DNA of 62,977 bases, counting the filler. It is 6 parts of 6 records of this genome, joined end to end, with 100 filler letters (N's around TTAATTAATTAA, not from the genome) between each part and the next. Parts side by side here need not be neighbours in the genome. Positions count along the whole stretch, not along the records: positions 56,687 to 62,977 come from SRR31156797_1112; 5 more parts are not named here. One strand, written 5' to 3'. Below the pieces are notes generated by a model, which did no database searches, was not told where the DNA came from, and saw only the letters and a list, made by a program, of their open reading frames with translations. Below, in pieces: positions 58,694 to 62,977 of the stretch (its first letter is position 1; each line of letters opens with the position of its first letter). A program made the translations under genes and the position numbers.

Positions 58694-58722
58694 ATATTAA
58701 CGTATTTTATATGAAATGTCAA
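58694..58722 (-). promoter_or_regulatory. Sigma70-type promoter for the candidate ncRNA
   Basis: TTGACA (58722-58717), 17 nt, TAATAT (58699-58694). Confidence 0.6.
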
Positions 58723-58731
58723 GAATATGCA

Positions 58732-60982
58732 TTAATTGTTATTTTCATGTTTAGGATATACTCCTATAATATCATAAGCACTACTTTTATTATCTACATT
58801 TTTACCAATTACAAGACAAGCTTTTGAATATTCAGACTCTAATCCTTCATAAGCCGCATCATCCATAATATTGTATCTATTCTCTTTGTTTTTGTTATTA
58901 AATACAAAGTAACAAATTGAATATTCTGCTGAATGAGGAGGCTTATAGATAACCATATTATCAATTTGTTTATATGCTTTTCTTCTTAAGATATTTTTAG
59001 TAACCTTACTGACATACTTAATAAATTTAGCTTGGTCTTTAGGCCATAAAGAATAAATTATATTCCCCATATATGTCCATCCAGTAGGTTTCCTTTCTCC
59101 AAGTTGATTAACAATATCTCTAAAGAATTTATTTATCTTTGGCTTAGGTTTTTGTAAACGCACACCTGCTTCTTTTGACTCATAATATATATCAATTTCT
59201 TTGGACATATTTGTAGCAAAAAGTGGTAGCTCAGGATTTACATCGGCCAAATTTAAATTATTGAGTGTATATAAACCTAATAAATCATATTCATCTCCTG
59301 TATACTTAACATTACTTTCTATAAATACTCTTCTATCTAAATAGTTTATTATTTCAACTGGATGGTCTAATAAATCAAAAATTATCTCGAAATCTGAAAT
59401 ATTCATTGTAGGACAAGGTTCTAATTCCTTAGGAACCCAACCTGTTGATTTTAAATTCATTATATTTGATTGTATTGATGCAAAGTATTCTAAAGTAACC
59501 GAAACCCTTAATACTTGAGTAATCTCATTTATTGAAATAGGCAATGACTTTCTTATTGAATCATCAATATTTGGATTTGATTTTAAATATAATATTTTTT
59601 CTTTTAATCTATTTGATTGAATATTTGGTTCTACAAGAATTTCTTTGATTTTTTTCTTTAATCTACTTGGAGCTCCTCTTAATGCAGCATCTGTTATTTT
59701 ATGGGATTTAACTTCAAAAATAATAATATAAGAGTCTATACAATCAATTAAATCAGACTCATATTGAGTCTTTCCATCTTTCCATTTAAAATTTAGAATA
59801 GTCAATAATTCTGGAAACTTTGATTTTACAACACTTTCAACTTTTGTTTCTAAATAATCTGCTTTTGTCTTTCTAAGTTTTTCCCCATCTATTAAATCAA
59901 TTTTACTATCTAGGATTTTTAATATGAAACTAAAAAACATTTGAGGCATCAAACAAAAATAATACTCATCAGTTTTTATAATTGGTTTATTCCAAATTGG
60001 ATTATCTAAATAGATATAATCTTTATTTGTCTCTTCCAAATCTCCCAAACTATAAGAAAAATTTTCTAAAATACTATCAATTGATGAAGGTTCAATAGCA
60101 GTGTTATCATATAGTTTTTGTTTATCAAAAATAAAAATATTTGGTAACAATAAATCTGCATGCATGACTATATATAAAAATGTATCTTCTATATCAATAA
60201 ATTCAGTTTTCTCTATCAATTCATTAATTGTACTAATATCATTATCAATATATTGGAAATATTTTTCAAGCATTTCATAAATTGAGTTTGATTTTCTTAC
60301 ATCAGCTAACATTTTAATTCTTAAATTTTGTAGCCTTTCAGTTTCATCTATCAGATATTGGAAAAATTCAATTAAATTATTACAAGTATAATTATAGTTT
60401 TTTTGTAATTCTTCATCAAATTTTGAGTAGATTTCACTAGTGATTTGTTTTACTTGAGAAAATGAGCCCCAATTACGAACAACTTGAGTATGACTTTTAA
60501 CAAATTCTTGAATCATTTTTTGAGATTTCTTTTCTGCTTCTAAATCAATAAAATCAGCTTTCATATTTTTATAATGTATAGATTCTAAAAGTTCTTTTAA
60601 CAAATCCATTAGTTCTTTGTATATGCTATGAGGAGGAACTTTGAATTTCATTTCTTCTTCAGGAATAGTTAATATAAATGATTGACAAATTTCAATATGA
60701 GCTTGTGTTAGGAAAGGTTCTTTATCTTTACTTTATCCCATTTCTTCCTACACTAGCCATTAGATTATAAGTAGCTAAGAATGATAATATAAGTCTAAAA
60801 TCATATTCTTTTAAAATAGCAAATATTTTTTCTTTTGTTGGCTCATATTTTTCTTCAGCTTTTTTTGATACATCTTCAAACACTTGCTTTCTTTGTTCTT
60901 CCGATAATCCATTAAAAGGATTATCCATAATATGAAAATTAGAGTTCTTTTTATTTAAATTTTTATTTTTTCTATGTTTCAC
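58732..60982 (-). pseudogene. About 750-aa NERD/PD-(D/E)xK nuclease-domain protein split by one frameshift near 60733
   Basis: The 84-aa and 639-aa ORFs join through an open frame (SKDKEPFLTQAHIEICQSFILTIPEEEMKF); nuclease motif YLE...ESDLIDCIDSYIIIFEVKS. Confidence 0.75.
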
Positions 60983-61049
60983 GATAATCCTTTTATTCTT
61001 TTTGCCTTCTTGATTTATAAATTGTGCATTTTCTCTATAGATATTGTCT

Positions 61050-62390
61050 TTATTTATTTTCAGTAATTAAGCTTATAAAAGAATTTTTTCTATCTTTATA
61101 TGTTTTAATTAAATCTTCTAGTGTTCCTTCTTGATACTTAATTGTATCTTTAGGATTATTAGTTTCAAAATAGTTTAAATGTTTTTTCTGCATTTCATTA
61201 TTTATCTTTTTATACATAGGACTTGCCATGCCATCAAATATAAAAACATAATCAGGCTTGGTATCTTTAAACATTTCTATTAAGCCTTCATCATCAGATG
61301 CCATAAAAGGGTAAATATTCAATTTACCATATACATATTTTTCTAACGAAATTAATGCAATATCTCTTCCTGTATTATCTACATTTTTCATGTAATTCTC
61401 AAGATTCGAAGCTTTTTTAGGAAAGTTTATAACTTTTTCAAAGAATTTATGACCAGGATTATCACAAAAAAGATATATTAATGCTTTAAATCTATTTTCT
61501 ATTGGAATATTTGTTTTCCTCATTTCATCATAAACATAATCTTTTATTTTATTAGGAGCTTTTCCAAATTTATATCTTGCTTCTAACAAATAAAGCAAAA
61601 ATAAATGTGACTGAAAACCTAATATTCCATAGTATTTAATGAGAGGATTCGTACCATTTATAATATTATTGATAAATATTTTTCCTAATTTTTCTTTAAA
61701 TAGTCCTTCTCTATGTAAAATTTTAAGTGTTTCAAAAAAACCAGCCTGCGTTTTGTTTTTATTTTTCTTATTAAGTTTATAATTTATACCAAAATCTTTT
61801 AATCCATGTAGAACTGTTTCGAAAATATATGGTGCTATATCAATATTATTTTCGTCTGAAATAATTTGATTATATAATTCCTTATATTTAAGATCATTAT
61901 TGCTAATATATCTTGCAAAGAAAGATGCAGCATTACTATCTAAGGCATAACTATAATCAATTGGTTTTAAATATCCTAAGATATCTTGATTATCGTTTCT
62001 ACTTAATGTATATCCATCGATGATTTGAAATTTATCATAATTATAAAAGGATTGTGTTTCAAAGTTTTCAACTTTTATTTTTGGAATTTCACCTTTATAT
62101 GCTAAAGAACATTCAGAATCATATTCTTTTATAACTTTTATTTTATGTTTTTTCATAAAATCAGTGTAATCTTTTAATGACTCAGCAATATTATTTGTTG
62201 AAATATCTTCTAAATTCATTAATTTGTTATGAATAAAAAATATACCTTCTTCTTTTGGATACTTATCATTAATTGGCTCTTTTGCAAGAATCATTTTTGT
62301 GTCACCTTGATTGATTTTTTTTGTAACCTCTTCCATAAACTTAGAGGGATCGTCTCTAAACTTTTCAAAATCATATTGTGTAAATATCAT
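61050..62390 (-). CDS. Hypothetical protein with a PIN-like nuclease domain
   Basis: YALDSNAASF, PYIFE, RDIALI and FMASDDEGL give PIN-like acidic residue spacing; RBS AAGGAG. Confidence 0.6.
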   Translation of the reverse strand: MIFTQYDFEKFRDDPSKFMEEVTKKINQGDTKMILAKEPINDKYPKEEGIFFIHNKLMNLEDISTNNIAESLKDYTDFMKKHKIKVIKEYDSECSLAYKGEIPKIKVENFETQSFYNYDKFQIIDGYTLSRNDNQDILGYLKPIDYSYALDSNAASFFARYISNNDLKYKELYNQIISDENNIDIAPYIFETVLHGLKDFGINYKLNKKNKNKTQAGFFETLKILHREGLFKEKLGKIFINNIINGTNPLIKYYGILGFQSHLFLLYLLEARYKFGKAPNKIKDYVYDEMRKTNIPIENRFKALIYLFCDNPGHKFFEKVINFPKKASNLENYMKNVDNTGRDIALISLEKYVYGKLNIYPFMASDDEGLIEMFKDTKPDYVFIFDGMASPMYKKINNEMQKKHLNYFETNNPKDTIKYQEGTLEDLIKTYKDRKNSFISLITENK

Positions 62391-62757
62391 ATTTTTCTCC
62401 TTTAATTAAGATATTTTATCAAATAATTTATATGTTTATAAATTCTATTGCAAATTGTAATTAAAATAAATACATTCTCAAATATTTTTTATTTCATTTG
62501 TCACCTTTGGTGAACAACGAGGTGTAAAACTGGTATAAATTGCGTTAGGAATTTGTGGCCACGTTTGACAAACTCGCTTACCCCTCTTTTAATATCCTTT
62601 TTTATTCCCCTTATACAACACTAAATTACATATAATAGATGTTTAATTGTTTATATAAGATTTTATACGATATTTAATGTAATATTTATAGTTATTAGTG
62701 ATATAATAAGATATGTTAAAATATTAAATTATGAAAAATAAGATATAAGGTGTCAAG

Positions 62758-62955
62758 ATGGATTCTTTAGCATTAGCAAAAAAAAGAGCACAAAAAGAGA
62801 AAGGTTTAGGTAGAAGATCTAAACTAGATGAACATATAAAGGCTATTGATTATCTTTTAAATGAAGAAAATTTTAGTTTAAAACAAATTCAAACTTTTTT
62901 AAAAGAAGATTGTAAATGTGAAGTTTCTTATTCTAATTTACAAGGTTTGGAATGA
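62758..62955 (+). CDS. Small HTH protein (StbA/TraK-like mobilisation accessory), apparently interrupted by an IS
   Basis: RRSKLDEH...I..LL....FSLKQIQTFL.....EVSYSNL; the stop codon falls inside the putative IS end. Confidence 0.55.
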   Translation: MDSLALAKKRAQKEKGLGRRSKLDEHIKAIDYLLNEENFSLKQIQTFLKEDCKCEVSYSNLQGLE

Positions 62956-62977
62956 CCCCTATAAAATAGACACAAAT
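62948..62977 (+). mobile_element. Probable IS3-family terminal inverted repeat
   Basis: TGGAATGACCCCTATAAAATAGACAC starts with TG and resembles IS3-family ends; lies at the end of the window. Confidence 0.55.

Larger units (their letters stand above)
56687..62977. mobile_element. Left part of an integrative (probably mobilisable) element / genomic island
   Basis: Host gene 3' end, arm sites, integrase, nuclease cargo and a mobilisation-type HTH gene. Confidence 0.75.

Noticed and set aside
58645-58827. 60-codon plus-strand ORF as a protein antitoxin
   Set aside because: TTG start about 15 nt from the SD-like sequence, antisense overlap with the NERD gene, and low-complexity AT-driven composition. 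Not fully excluded.
1-62977. CRISPR array, rRNA or tRNA genes
   Set aside because: I saw no repeat-spacer array, cas gene, rRNA or tRNA cloverleaf by eye; a tRNAscan-SE/CRISPR scan would be needed to exclude them formally.

Overview
The window is not one chromosome. It is six contigs joined by artificial 100-nt spacers (N44-TTAATTAATTAA-N44), so gene neighbourhoods must not be read across the spacers. Contigs 1 (1-18351) and 2 (18452-27570) are GC-rich and Desulfobacterota-like. Contig 1 holds a cobalamin riboswitch, a substrate-binding protein, a SNF2 helicase, two genes that look like integron cassettes, a TonB receptor/AraC/feoAB/methyltransferase iron module, a K+ channel and mobile-element remnants. 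Contig 2 holds moaA', cobA-hemD, hemC, gmhA, selA, cheD-HDOD and pyrF'. Contig 3 (27671-37938) is AT-rich and Arcobacter-like, with an MCP, MscS, a Fur-boxed DUF2325/flavodoxin operon, a porin and an imelysin/di-haem iron cluster. Contigs 4 (38039-50378) and 5 (50479-56586) come from a low-GC anaerobe (Fusobacteriota- or Bacillota-like); contig 5 carries a partial sulfoquinovose (sulfo-transaldolase) catabolic locus. Contig 6 (56687-62977) is the left end of an AT-rich integrative element: a P4-like integrase followed by three nuclease-type cargo genes. The most striking candidate novelty is in contig 6. A stand-alone PBECR3/RelE-fold RNase gene with no protein antitoxin faces a convergent ~160-nt structured RNA that has its own promoter and terminator and contains a mimic of the 16S rRNA 3' end. 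All family and taxon assignments come from motif recognition by eye, not database searches.
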